64,000 bases of DNA from Halorutilales archaeon Cl-col2-1 (GTDB lineage: Archaea; Halobacteriota; Halobacteria; Halobacteriales; Afararchaeaceae), in the NCBI GenBank assembly GCA_041891055.1, contig CP169074.1, positions 544,001 through 608,000 on the forward strand, given 5' to 3'. Made by a program: the position numbers and the translations under genes. Position 1 is the first letter of the stretch; the number at the start of each line of letters is the position of its first letter. Below the pieces are notes generated by a model. The model saw nothing but the letters and a program-made list of their open reading frames with translations, did not search any database and was not told where the DNA came from. Shown one piece after another: positions 1 through 10,259 of this stretch.

Positions 1-1356
1 TATGCCTATCTGTTTTACGAGCCACCAGACGAAGAAGCCCGAGAGGACTGCGACTGTCACAGCCATGTAGTAGCCGAAACGTATCGACGTGAAGTACGCC
101 GAGAACATCGTGAATCCGAAGACGAAGACTATGAGTTCGCCGGGATTCCTGTCAGATAGAGATCGGAAGAGTACGACTGCGAGTCCCGCGAGCCCGACGA
201 AGAACATCGCCCCGAACGACCGCCACGCGTCCTGTATACTCGCAGGCTGTATCTCTGCGACTGTAAGACCGGACGCAGAGGTCAAGAGACCAAAGCTGTA
301 CACACGGTTTATGAGAGACTGGAACTGAGGAACCGTGAACCACAGAAGAATGCTGCCGAGTACTGCACCACCTATTACAACCGCGGGATAGTACTCGGGA
401 TCGTACTCGTCACGCATGTACTCCGAGAGATAATGTAGAACGACAGCACCTACGGCTACGCCGACAGCCGTGAGAGGCTGGAGAAGCGAGAATCCGGTGC
501 CTTCGAGTGCGTAGGTCTTCGCGTAGAGTAGTGTCAGAACTGCTGTGACTCCAAGCGTCGCAGCCGTACCGAATGCGAGATACTCTGTCGAGACTCCGTC
601 GTAATGGTCACGCGACGCCTGTAGGAGGACGAATATACCGAAAGCGAAGACCACCATCACACCGGGAGGCCAGGTCATCAGATACGACGCAACCGCTATT
701 CCGCCGAGTACCGACGCGACTATCGGAGTCTTGAGTCCCTTCCAGTCGGAGTCCTTGAGATGTGCGACCGTCGGCTTCTCGGTGTAAGCTGTCTGTATAC
801 CGTAGATGAATCCGAGTAGTGCGAGAGAGCCAAAGAAAGCCTCTGCCGACTGATGGTCGGGGTTTCCTACCATCGTCCTGTTGAGGAACTGTCCCGTGAA
901 GAGCGCGAGGACGAACGCCGAGAAGACAGCAGTCCAACGGTCGGCGATCCTCTTGACTATGAAGAAGACGATGACTGCAGTTAGTGCTCCGAATGCCACA
1001 GGAGCTAGTGCCCCGACCGTCTCGATCGTGCGTGTCGACGGGTCACCACCGCCTGCTATGATCGCGAACAGCGCGATTATCTGGTCGAATAATCCGCCGA
1101 ATCCCGAGTGACGTCCCGTGCCGTAAGGAAAGTAAGACCACGGATCGAAGTCAGGTGTCGCGGGGAAGTTGGCGACAACGAGACGCACTATTCGCATGTG
1201 GTACCACGGATCGTTTCCCGAGAAGTATACTCCGCTCTCCGTCACCATCTCGTCGTACGGCATGGTACGTACCCACGCCATGAAGCCCACAATGGCAGCG
1301 AGCAACGGATACGGCGCGTACTTATACGCGAGAGACAGACTGTCGTCGTTATCCAT
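1..1356 (-). CDS. aglB: Oligosaccharyltransferase AglB (STT3 family), N-terminal part; runs off the left edge
   Basis: Manual minus-strand translation from ATG at 1356: MDNDDSLSLAYKYAPYPLLAAIVGFMAWVRTMPYDEMVTESGVYFSGNDPWYHMRIVRLVVANFPATPDFDPWSYFPYG, with the STT3 DPWYH and FDPW motifs followed by many TM segments. Divergent from aglG. Not in the ORF track. Confidence 0.93.
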   Translation of the reverse strand, partial: MDNDDSLSLAYKYAPYPLLAAIVGFMAWVRTMPYDEMVTESGVYFSGNDPWYHMRIVRLVVANFPATPDFDPWSYFPYGTGRHSGFGGLFDQIIALFAIIAGGGDPSTRTIETVGALAPVAFGALTAVIVFFIVKRIADRWTAVFSAFVLALFTGQFLNRTMVGNPDHQSAEAFFGSLALLGFIYGIQTAYTEKPTVAHLKDSDWKGLKTPIVASVLGGIAVASYLMTWPPGVMVVFAFGIFVLLQASRDHYDGVSTEYLAFGTAATLGVTAVLTLLYAKTYALEGTGFSLLQPLTAVGVAVGAVVLHYLSEYMRDEYDPEYYPAVVIGGAVLGSILLWFTVPQFQSLINRVYSFGLLTSASGLTVAEIQPASIQDAWRSFGAMFFVGLAGLAVVLFRSLSDRNPGELIVFVFGFTMFSAYFTSIRFGYYMAVTVAVLSGFFVWWLVKQIGI

Positions 1357-1409
1357 CGCACTAACCACGTTCCGAAGACGGTTTAACTTTTTACATCCTA
1401 TCCCGCCCA

Positions 1410-2336
1410 ATGAAGGTCTCGGTGGTTCTGTGTACCTACTCTCTCGAGATGTACGACGATTTTAAGGAAGCAGCCGAGAGTCTTCTGTCTCAGACCTACG
1501 ACGAACTCGAAGTCGTGGTAGTCGTCGACGGTACCGACGAGGTTTACGAAAGAGTCGAGGACGACTACGGCGGTAGAGACGGCGTAGTTATACATCTCAA
1601 CGACGAGAACATGGGTCTTCTAAGGAGTAGGAACAAAGGTGCCGAACTCTCGTCGGGTGACGTAGTCGCTTTCATAGATGACGACGCCGTCGCCGACGAA
1701 AAATGGGTAGAAGAACTCGTAGCTACTTACCAGAGACACGACGCTCTCGCCGCAGGAGGCAAGATGGTACCAGAGTGGGTCGCGGGAAAGCCCGACTTCC
1801 TTCCCAAGGAGTTCTACTGGCTCGTAGGAGTGACACACAGGGGCTTCGTCGACGACGAGGAAGAACAGGAGGTGCGAAACACCTTCGGATCGAATATCTC
1901 GTTCCGACGAGATGTCTTCCTCGAACTCGGTGGCTTCGACCCCAATATAGGTGGGCGTAAAGGCGACAAGAACTTACAGGGCGGCGAGACGGAGCTCTGC
2001 GCGCGCCTCTACGACGAGTACGGCGAACGCGTCTGGTACAATCCCGACGCCGAGGTCGCTCACAAGGTGTTTGATTACAGAACGAGTAAGAAGTGGTTGT
2101 TAGAACGTGCCTTCTGGCAGGGCTACTCTAAGAGAGCTATGGAGGTCCTTGTGCCTGAGTCAGGTGGGGAAGAGGACGAGTTTCTGGGTAAGCTATTACT
2201 GGATTTCATGCCCAACCGCCTCCGTAACGCAGTCGTGGATCTATCTCTGACTGAGGCGAAGAAGTTCGTTATGCTCGGTGTATTAACCATGTGTGTCGGG
2301 AGCGGGTATCTGTATGGATTCAAGAAATGGAGATAG
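1410..2336 (+). CDS. aglG: GT2 glycosyltransferase, AglG-like (dolichyl-phosphate hexuronosyltransferase)
   Basis: MKVSVVLCTY, FIDDDA (DxD), GSNISFRR, GGETEL, RAFWQGYSK; adjacent to aglB as in haloarchaeal agl clusters. Confidence 0.85.
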   Translation: MKVSVVLCTYSLEMYDDFKEAAESLLSQTYDELEVVVVVDGTDEVYERVEDDYGGRDGVVIHLNDENMGLLRSRNKGAELSSGDVVAFIDDDAVADEKWVEELVATYQRHDALAAGGKMVPEWVAGKPDFLPKEFYWLVGVTHRGFVDDEEEQEVRNTFGSNISFRRDVFLELGGFDPNIGGRKGDKNLQGGETELCARLYDEYGERVWYNPDAEVAHKVFDYRTSKKWLLERAFWQGYSKRAMEVLVPESGGEEDEFLGKLLLDFMPNRLRNAVVDLSLTEAKKFVMLGVLTMCVGSGYLYGFKKWR

Positions 2337-2405
2337 ATCAATTGGATCAGATACTTCGCTTATCGCTTAGTAAGACCTTTGTCTTCTTCCACTGACACGA
2401 TAAAT

Positions 2406-3533
2406 ATGGAGATCTCCGAGCGCGGCATCTGTGTCGTGACACAGCCGGCACAGGAAGAGACGGAGAAGATGCATGCACACGCTCTCGCAAATATTCTTGC
2501 CGAAATAACAGGTGTCGTTGTCCTTACCGCTAACTTAGACGAGAGTTCGTCGCTGAGAGAACACGATATCGTGGAGTACGATAAAAGTGGTGTGGGTAGC
2601 AGTATCTTTACTGCCGCTGTTCGTTTCGTCCTCAACCAGATCAGGATATGTCAGGCTCTGCTGAGAAGAGATGAAGAGTTCGTTCTCTTCTTCGGGACGA
2701 CATCGTACGTCCTGCCGGTTATATTTGCACGCAGTATAGGTAAAACAGTGATTGTAGAGCCGCGTGGTGATGTACCTCTTACTTTACGTCTCCAGTGGGA
2801 AGAACGTATGCCTGTACCAATCGCACGTTTTCTCGCCGGGTCTGTAGCCACACTCGAAAGAGTATCGTACACGACAGCACACGCCATCGTTACCTACACG
2901 CCGTCAATGGCAGACGAACTCGGTCTGCGCAGGTACGACGATAAGCTCTACACCGACGGCGCGCGGTACGTCGATACTGAGCGTTTTCGAATTACAAAAC
3001 CTTACGAAGAGCGTGATAACACTGTTGGCTACGTCGGACGTCTTGACGAGGAGAAAGGTATAAAAGAACTCGCTGAGGTGGCGCGCCGCGTTGACGCCCG
3101 TTTCGTCTTCGTTGGCGACGGAAACGACCGCGGATGGCTTGAAGAAGAACTCGCAGACGAGATAGAATCCAGAGAAGTCGAGATAACCGGCTGGGTAGAT
3201 TACGACGAGGTCCCCGAACAGATGAATCGCTTGCGCCTCCTTCTTCTCAGGTCGGAGCCCACGGAAGGGCTACCGACAGTCATACTCGAAGCCTTCGCGT
3301 GCGGCACTCCGGTCTACGCAAATCCGGTCTCGGGCGTCCCTGACGTCGTGCGTGACGGCGAGACGGGCTTCGTGATGGATGACAAAACCCCGGACGAGAT
3401 AGCGCGGCGTGTAGACGGAGCCCTTGAGGACGGAATGGATGGGATGAGCCGTAGGTGCCGTGAACTCGTTGAGGAGCGGTATAGCTTCGACGCGGCGGTG
3501 GGTAGGTACCGCGACATAGTGAATCGGATATAA
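2406..3533 (+). CDS. GT4 (GT-B) glycosyltransferase
   Basis: YVGRLDEEKG and EGLPTVILEAFACGTPV motifs; ATG at 2406 preferred over TTG at 2379. Confidence 0.88.
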   Translation: MEISERGICVVTQPAQEETEKMHAHALANILAEITGVVVLTANLDESSSLREHDIVEYDKSGVGSSIFTAAVRFVLNQIRICQALLRRDEEFVLFFGTTSYVLPVIFARSIGKTVIVEPRGDVPLTLRLQWEERMPVPIARFLAGSVATLERVSYTTAHAIVTYTPSMADELGLRRYDDKLYTDGARYVDTERFRITKPYEERDNTVGYVGRLDEEKGIKELAEVARRVDARFVFVGDGNDRGWLEEELADEIESREVEITGWVDYDEVPEQMNRLRLLLLRSEPTEGLPTVILEAFACGTPVYANPVSGVPDVVRDGETGFVMDDKTPDEIARRVDGALEDGMDGMSRRCRELVEERYSFDAAVGRYRDIVNRI

Positions 3534-3727
3534 TACAGCCGGCGCCTAGATAAGAAATCTATGTAGAAGGGGCATGATGAGAGGGTTTTATATTTTCGAG
3601 CCTTTCACGAGGGCCGGTGAGCAAACGCAGCTAGTTCTGAGGGTGTAATTTTCTACGAGATAGGCATAAGGATAACCACTTAATTGATACTTAGAATCGA
3701 AAACCCGCAAGCGGGATGGCTGAAGAT

Positions 3728-4855
3728 TCACCCCTGATTTTTGGATAATACCTCCTCGTAGAGGTCCACATACTCTTCTGAGATATTCTCCGTTGAGTAA
3801 TCCTTAGCGCGCTCTCGTGCCTTTTTGCCTAGTTCCTTCCTTTTCTCAGGGTTCTCGGTAAGTTCAACCACTCTTTCGGAGAGTGTTTCGGAATCGTCAA
3901 CGGGATGAAAAAGAGCGGCACCCTCGTACGAATGTTTAAATTCGCCGATATCAGAGAATATGCAAGCCGAACCTAGGCTCATAGCCTCAACGGCGGCTGC
4001 GCTAAAACCTTCCCACCGCGACGGCATCGCGTATATATCACACTCCTCCATCATTTTATAAGCTCTTTGCCTGTTTACAAAGCCAAGAAAGTGAACATTA
4101 TCCAGTATATCCTCATTCTTGGCTATGTTTTTGAGATGGTCTCGAAGTTCCCCATCCCCCGCGATGACGAGATGAATCTCTTCGTTTGTCTTCTTATTAG
4201 CACGTAATAGAGCCTGTATAAGCGTATCGTGTGCTTTCTGTTCAGTAAGCATCCCCGCAGTCCCCATCAACACGATGTCTTCGCTTATCCCTATCTCGTC
4301 CCTTACCGACCAGTCCAAATCCCGAAACTCTTCTATTCTTTCAATATCAACACCGTTATATATTATCCTAACGTCTCCGTCATCAATCAGAAGGTGTTCC
4401 CATTTATTGAACGATTCGTAGACTGACTGGGAGACACAGGTAATCCGATCAGCCCATGCATTAGTTATTCCGTTGGCTAACCTGCCTTTGCGGGTAAACC
4501 CTACGTGGTTGTTCTGTTCCGTTGATATCACCGGTATACCGTTTCTCAATCCGATTATCTTGGCGTAGGTTCCCGAGTGATTGTGGTGTGCTTGTATTAT
4601 ATCGTACTCTTTGAGAGTATCCCGTGCCTTTGCGTATGTCTCTCTACTCACTCCCAGTACGTTATCAGGCGCATTCACGCAACTGACATCTATAATATCG
4701 TCATTATCAAACTCGTCGGCGTTGAACCAAGCGAGTATATCCGCTTCAACGTCGGTATACCTTGTGATTGCAACGGCTATATCAGCAGGTACACTTGATT
4801 CCCCTACGGAGTTAACTACGTGACATACGCGTATATCTTCTTCATCTCTGCTCAT
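3728..4855 (-). CDS. GT4 glycosyltransferase
   Basis: IYNGVD and PSRWEGFSAAAVEAMSLG motifs. Confidence 0.88.
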   Translation of the reverse strand: MSRDEEDIRVCHVVNSVGESSVPADIAVAITRYTDVEADILAWFNADEFDNDDIIDVSCVNAPDNVLGVSRETYAKARDTLKEYDIIQAHHNHSGTYAKIIGLRNGIPVISTEQNNHVGFTRKGRLANGITNAWADRITCVSQSVYESFNKWEHLLIDDGDVRIIYNGVDIERIEEFRDLDWSVRDEIGISEDIVLMGTAGMLTEQKAHDTLIQALLRANKKTNEEIHLVIAGDGELRDHLKNIAKNEDILDNVHFLGFVNRQRAYKMMEECDIYAMPSRWEGFSAAAVEAMSLGSACIFSDIGEFKHSYEGAALFHPVDDSETLSERVVELTENPEKRKELGKKARERAKDYSTENISEEYVDLYEEVLSKNQG

Positions 4856-4960
4856 ATTTTATTTCGTGGGCACTCTAACGCCAGTAATACTAAATAGCTT
4901 TGGTAAATATATCGGTACGGAACCAAAGAAGATATTTGACCTTGGGAATGAGATGTGGTT

Positions 4961-5899
4961 ATGGAAAGCATCCTTTTGACCGGCAGTAGCGGCACGATAG
5001 GCGTTGAGTTGGGGAAGAGGCTACTTGATAGAGGTATAGAGTTACATGGCGTTGATAGTATACCTAACCGATGATCCGAAAGAGTTGATGAGGTGGGTGT
5101 TGAAGCTGACCTGGCAAAGAGTGATTCAGTAGAGGAACTACCCACGGATGTGGACACGATAATACACTTCGCTGCGAACGCACGTGTTCACAAGTTGGTC
5201 AAGGAGCCTGTTGGTGCAAAGAAGAACTTTGACATGACTTTCAATATACTTGACCACGCCCGAAAAAACGATATACGGAATATCGTATTTGCGAGTAGTA
5301 GGGAGGTGTATGGTAACAAAGGGAAGATGATATACAGCGAGGAGGATACTTATGTTGACGAGTGCGAAAGCCCGTATACCGCGAGCAAAGTAGGCGGGGA
5401 ATCGATGGTAAAGGCTTATGAGAACTGCTATGATATCGACTCGTGCATACTGAGGTTCTCAAACGTCTATGGCAAGTACGACTCGTCAGATAGGGTGATT
5501 CCACTGTTTATAGCACAAGCCTCTAGAGGACACGACCTGACTGTCTATGGCAGCCAAAAAGTTCTTGATTTCACGTATATAGACGACTGTGTTGATGGTA
5601 TACTGAGGACCTTAGATAATTTTAATAAAGTAAAGGATACGACGCTCAACATTGCTTCGGGCGAGGGGCCCTCAATTACGGAGCTCGCTGAGCTAGTTGC
5701 CCAGAAAACAGACAGAGACGTGGAAATAAACGTTGAGGAGAACAGAACAGGTGAGGTCAGCAGATACGTCGCGGATATCTCAAAAGCCAAGAAGGTTATC
5801 GGATATGAACCAACGTACAACCTCTCGGACGGTATTGATAAGACAGTCTCTTGGTATAATGAGAACGAGTACCTGTTTGATGAAATACTCGCGAGTTAA
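4961..5899 (+). pseudogene. NAD-dependent epimerase/dehydratase interrupted by an in-frame TGA (5072-5074)
   Basis: ATG at 4961 gives MESILLTGSSGTIG (Rossmann GxxGxxG)...PNR*SERVDEVGVEAD, in frame with ORF 5093-5899 (SSREVYG, PYTASK = YxxxK). Confidence 0.82.
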
Positions 5900-6010
5900 T
5901 CTCTTATCCTGAGCCACCGAGTCATTTATGAACAGATACCGGATTTGTGGTATGCTCATTTTTCACCAACCGAACGAACCTGATACAACTAAATAGGAAG
6001 AAAAAATACT

Positions 6011-6898
6011 ATGGAGCACCCTTGAGGATTGACACCCAGATATGAAGTCGAAAAAAAAGAAAGGATTGGATATCAGGCGTGGAAGTCGGCTCTACAGAAG
6101 CTAACATCCTCAAGGAGTTCTAACCAGCTGGAGGAGCTATCCGCGACCGACTGGGACATACTGATAGTTCTGGACGCCTGTCGCGTGGATGTCCTCGAGG
6201 GATTAGCGAACTGGCCTGTCGATTCGGTGGTATCTCCGGCGAGTTGCACTCCCGAGTGGATTGGAGAGGTGTCATCTAGCCGCGTTCTTAGTGGGAGTAG
6301 GGTCGTCTCTGCTAACCCTCAGTATGAGAAAGTCGATGCGGACTTAGGCTGTGAAGAGATAGAGCCGTACTGGGAAACCCACTGGGACGATGACCTACAG
6401 ACGACCGTCCCCGAACAGGTACTTGACCGCGTAAGCGAGATATCCCAGAACTCGTCAGGCAGAGTTGTCGGTCATTTGCAACAGCCGCACTGGCCTTACA
6501 TAGCAAAGCTTGGCGACAGATGGCTCCTTGCGTACGATGAACTCGGCCCGTGGAACGACGACGAAGAGATAACTTCTCTACAGGTTGCGATGCAACGCGG
6601 CCTTGTGGATGTTGAGATGGCTAAAAAGGCGTACGAGTCCTCTATACACAGCGTGTGGAACGTACTAAAGACGTACCTTGCTGAGTGGGTGTCGGATGGG
6701 AATAATGTAGTTGTCACCGCCGACCACGGGGAGACCTTCGGTCGTTACCGCGAGTTTGGTTTTTATGAACACCCATGCAGGTGTCATGTGGCACCTCTCG
6801 TGAGGGTTCCTTGGATAGAAGTACGCGCTGATGACGGGGTTACAGAAACCTCGGATACAGTTGGAGAAAGACTACAAGCCCTTGGGTACGCCGAGTAA
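6011..6898 (+). CDS. Alkaline-phosphatase/sulfatase-superfamily protein; possible nonsense TGA at codon 5 (otherwise TTG start at 6029)
   Basis: DWDILIVLDACR, QPHWPY, TADHGE and C-terminal ERLQALGY; ATG GAG CAC CCT TGA GGA TTG from 6011 is in frame. Confidence 0.75.
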
Positions 6899-6933
6899 CC
6901 GACTCCAAGACTGTATGTCCGCTGTGAGGTTGA

Positions 6934-7905
6934 CTACATATACCCAAGATCTTCCAACTGCTCCTTGACGCGTTCGCCCTCGCATCCCTCGTCTCTTTCG
7001 TAATCCGGCTTGTCAGGAATGTGTCCTCTTTCGAGTTCTTCGTTGACGACACCACGTAGGTCAAGTATCCCCTCCACGGATTCGACTATACTCGGATCGG
7101 TTGACGAGATGAAAGCCTCGTCCGTATGAACGCCGTCCTGCAGACCGTGGTCGCTGACGACGACAAGTTCGTCGTCTTCGCTGAGGTCGCCGCGTAACTC
7201 ACCCACGAAGTCGTTTAGCTCTTCGTAGGCGCGATCCTGTAGCTCGGGAAGGTCGTACGAGACATGTCCTATGAGGTCAAGACCGCTCGTGTACCCAAAG
7301 ACGAGTTCGTAGTTCATGCTTCGGAGCGCACGCCTGACAAGCGCGATACGCACCATGGACATCTCCATGCAGAGTTCGTAGAACTCGACGGGGTCGTCGC
7401 TCGTGTGGCCTCCTTTCGCGTCGGTATCCCTCTCGAAAAGCTCATCCATATCCCTCCTCAGTTGGTGCTCGCGGTCCTCGTCGTCGGGATCGGTTACGTA
7501 GTTGGGAACGCCTATCGCCTTTGCTTCTCGTCCGTCGAAGAGAGTTTCCAAACCGTTTTTATCGTAATAAGTCGCGGGCACCCTGAAGGCGTCCTGTTCG
7601 GTGTTGTTGAGGAGCCATGCTCCGATAAGTGTCTGCAAGCCGTCAGGGACGACGTAGTCGGCTACCTCGCTTCCTAAGTCTATAACCGGGTTCTCCCAAG
7701 AGACGCCCTCGTCAAGCTTCAGACCGTGCTCCTCGGGCGTTAGACCTGTGATTATACTGGGCCAGAGTTCGTGCGTCGAAGGCTCGCCCGCAGAGCTTAC
7801 GATGGTGTCTATGCTTGCGTGCGAACAGAGGGTAAGATGGGGGTGGTCATCTGGGTCAGCAAGCTCGGGATCAAGGGCGTCAATACCAAGAACTACGAGT
7901 GTCAC
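6934..7905 (-). CDS. Alkaline phosphatase family protein (type I phosphodiesterase/nucleotide pyrophosphatase-like)
   Basis: (V)TLVVLGIDALD, LDLIGH, VVSDHG, C-terminal EQLEDLGY; GTG at 7905 taken as start. Confidence 0.8.
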   Translation of the reverse strand: MTLVVLGIDALDPELADPDDHPHLTLCSHASIDTIVSSAGEPSTHELWPSIITGLTPEEHGLKLDEGVSWENPVIDLGSEVADYVVPDGLQTLIGAWLLNNTEQDAFRVPATYYDKNGLETLFDGREAKAIGVPNYVTDPDDEDREHQLRRDMDELFERDTDAKGGHTSDDPVEFYELCMEMSMVRIALVRRALRSMNYELVFGYTSGLDLIGHVSYDLPELQDRAYEELNDFVGELRGDLSEDDELVVVSDHGLQDGVHTDEAFISSTDPSIVESVEGILDLRGVVNEELERGHIPDKPDYERDEGCEGERVKEQLEDLGYM

Positions 7906-8352
7906 ATGCTGGTTAGAGTACTGTAGATTAAAAAGTTCACTATGATGACTCAATTACGAGTGCTATATATGCAGCCTACGTGTCTAGATCTTTTTAAATC
8001 CTCTTCGATAGGTCATCCCTCCACAAGATAAAAGAATATATATCTACCACTGACGACTCAATTTATATGCTCGGTGCATATTCGAAAAGAGATCTAATTA
8101 AAGGCCTCAGAAATCCGCATCTTGTCAAAGAAGAAATGAGGGATATATGTCATTCTTTTCTACATTACCCTCGTCAAGTAGCCTTCTTGTATAACTATAA
8201 TGATTCTAACATTATCAATTATGACTGGGATAACTTAATCATTCTTGATGCTTGTCGTTATGATGTACTTGATGAGCTAGGCAAGTATGGCGATACAAAA
8301 TACAAAGTATTAGATTCGTCTGCTTTGTAGGATCGCTATAAGGCGTAGGATT

Positions 8353-9238
8353 TCACGATTTGACGGTTTTGTCGATGTTGTAGATAGCAGATTTTAGGAT
8401 CATTTCTCTGAACTCACGGTTCCAGAGGCGCGCACGCACGGCTGTGCCGAGCGTGCGCTTGATGGTTGAGAAGACAGTTTCACACATCCAGCGTTGATTG
8501 TAATCTTCATCTTTCATCCTAGCGTTGTGAGCCTTGTCTAGGTGTGTAAATTCACGATGCTTAATCAAGGGACGGACTCCGCTTTCGCGGAGGTCGTCCC
8601 GTAGCTTCTGCCAGTCATAACCTTTGTCTCCAGCGACGGAGAGCAGGTCATCAGCGTTCCGCTTAATGACCTGTTCTCCTATCTTAGTATCATGTTTCTT
8701 GGTTGTGGTTAAGCGAATCGGAGATTCGCGTACATCGTGAATCAAAGATTCACGAGATACAGTGAATGTCCAAGACAGAAAGTGTGTCAGTATCAACTAG
8801 AGCCGTTACTTTAAGCGAGCGAACACTGTAGTTCGCTCGCTGGCAGTAGTGTTTACTAGCTCTATCTCGATCGAATCCAGTGCTGTCAACAGCGACGTTT
8901 CTTTCGTCCTTAGACTCTGAGGATAGACGAAGAAAGAGCCTCATTGCTTTGATGTTTATCTTATCGAACCAGTCACAGAACGTAGTGAAGTGAGGGAGAT
9001 CGGTCACGGAGAGACCGATCTCCTCACGTATTCTCGGCATTTCTATCAAGAGATCTAGCGTTACTCTATAGGAGTCCTCTAGGTGAAGCCGTAATGAATG
9101 AAGTGCTATCATCGCCCACTCTGCGAACCCACCTCCGCCTTCCGGCGGGGCGGGTTCGTTCGGATTATCAACAGCGTTTTTAGCTAGCTTTACGCATCTT
9201 TCCGTGAAGCGACGGAGATTACTATCTACAATCATCAT
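8353..9238 (-). pseudogene. IS5-family DDE transposase, frameshifted by a 49-bp insert
   Basis: AVDSTGF, DKGYD and YNQRWMCETVFSTIKR motifs lie in two frames; deleting 8710-8758 gives one 279-codon frame reading DIHC-TTTKKHD. Confidence 0.88.
8710..8758. repeat. 49-bp twin-hairpin insert (GCGAATC-GGA-GATTCGC and TCGTGAATC-AAA-GATTCACGA)
   Basis: Two perfect hairpins at 8713-8729 and 8735-8755 share a GAATC-nnn-GATTC core and lie exactly at the transposase frameshift. Confidence 0.75.
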
Positions 9239-10259
9239 CAGCAATCTCTCGTCGCTTCTACCTATACTAAAATAGACCGATTCTAGCGCTGTCTAGCGAT
9301 CCTACAGGGCAGATTCGTCAAACAGCCCTGAATTCGTTGAGAATTATTTTTCAAATTGTACATATAACGACACCGTCTACGTTACTGCTAACCCGTTCGG
9401 GGCACAAGTTGACTCATCCACCTTTTATGAGACAGTAGTTACATTTAATAGTAGCATGGAGATAAACAAGAACAAGTCACAACTGGAGGATTTGGGAAAA
9501 AGTTGGTCTCCAAAGAGGGTTCACCAAGCTGCTTTAGAGTCCTTTGAACGTAATCCTAATAAGCGAATGATAGTTCATTTTATGCAGCCTCATGCCCCAT
9601 ATTTCGGCGAGAGAGCTAAAAGTATCCGAGATAGGCTACAGAATAAGGGGTATAAATTCTGGGCATGGACAGATGAAATAAATAAAGAAGAGAGAAGTGA
9701 AGATGATTATATATTAAGTCACTTACTTGACGCTGCTCAAAATGGACTTATTGGGGAAAATGAGCTCATTGCACTATATAAGGAAAATTTAAATTATGTG
9801 CTAGGATTTGTAGAGGAGTTACAAAATATAATAAATGGAAAGACAATTATAACCGCTGACCACGGAGAAATGCTAGGTGAAACCAAAGCTTTCTTGCCAT
9901 GTAATATGGGGGAATGGAAAGCTGTATTGGACATGGGCGTGGCATATATGTTGAAGAATTACGTAAAGTCCCTTGGGTAGCTCTCGATTATAACGAAAGA
10001 AGAACAATAACCGAAGGAGAGTCAGATAAAAAAACGGATGCCAAATTAAACGAAATTGATGGTCAGCTGAAAGCACTAGGGTATAAATAATTCCCCACAA
10101 CAATCGAGTTACACACTGGTTAATAAGTCTACTTCCAAATTCCTTTATGTAATTATAATTAGTTTATTAGTATATTGGTTTTTATAGTGAGTTAGTCGTA
10201 CTTTAGTATATGGAACTTCATAATGTATATATATACATGGTTAGCTATCCAATGATGGA

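Larger units (their letters stand above)
8321..9311 (-). mobile_element. Insertion sequence, IS5 family (ISH1-group-like), 991 bp
   Basis: Terminal inverted repeats TGCTTTGTAGGATCGCTA / TAGCGATCCTACAGGGCA; 8-bp target duplication GATTCGTC at 8313-8320 and 9312-9319; internal DDE transposase. Confidence 0.92.
8067..10090 (+). pseudogene. Second AlkP/sulfatase-superfamily gene, split by an IS and carrying a C-terminal frameshift
   Basis: N-part has DWDNLIILDACRYD. Removing the IS and one TSD restores KVLDSSNSPEFVENYF...VTANPF...MEINK in frame with ORF 9456 (HFMQPHAPY, TADHGE). The true C-terminus GHGRGIYVEELRKVPW...QLKALGYK* is in another frame after the G5 run at 9908-9912. Confidence 0.88.

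Noticed and set aside
4961-6031. TGA reassignment to Trp or Sec suggested by two in-frame TGAs
   Set aside because: The same genes use TGG for Trp, and TGA is a normal stop in many nearby genes (e.g. 3728, 14264, 18893). No SECIS-like context or Sec-type enzyme is present, so nonsense mutation is simpler.
10223-10238. Perfect 16-bp palindrome ATGTATATATATACAT upstream of the GT4 gene
   Set aside because: It is mostly a TA dinucleotide run at the expected TATA-box position in AT-rich DNA, so palindromy is expected by chance.
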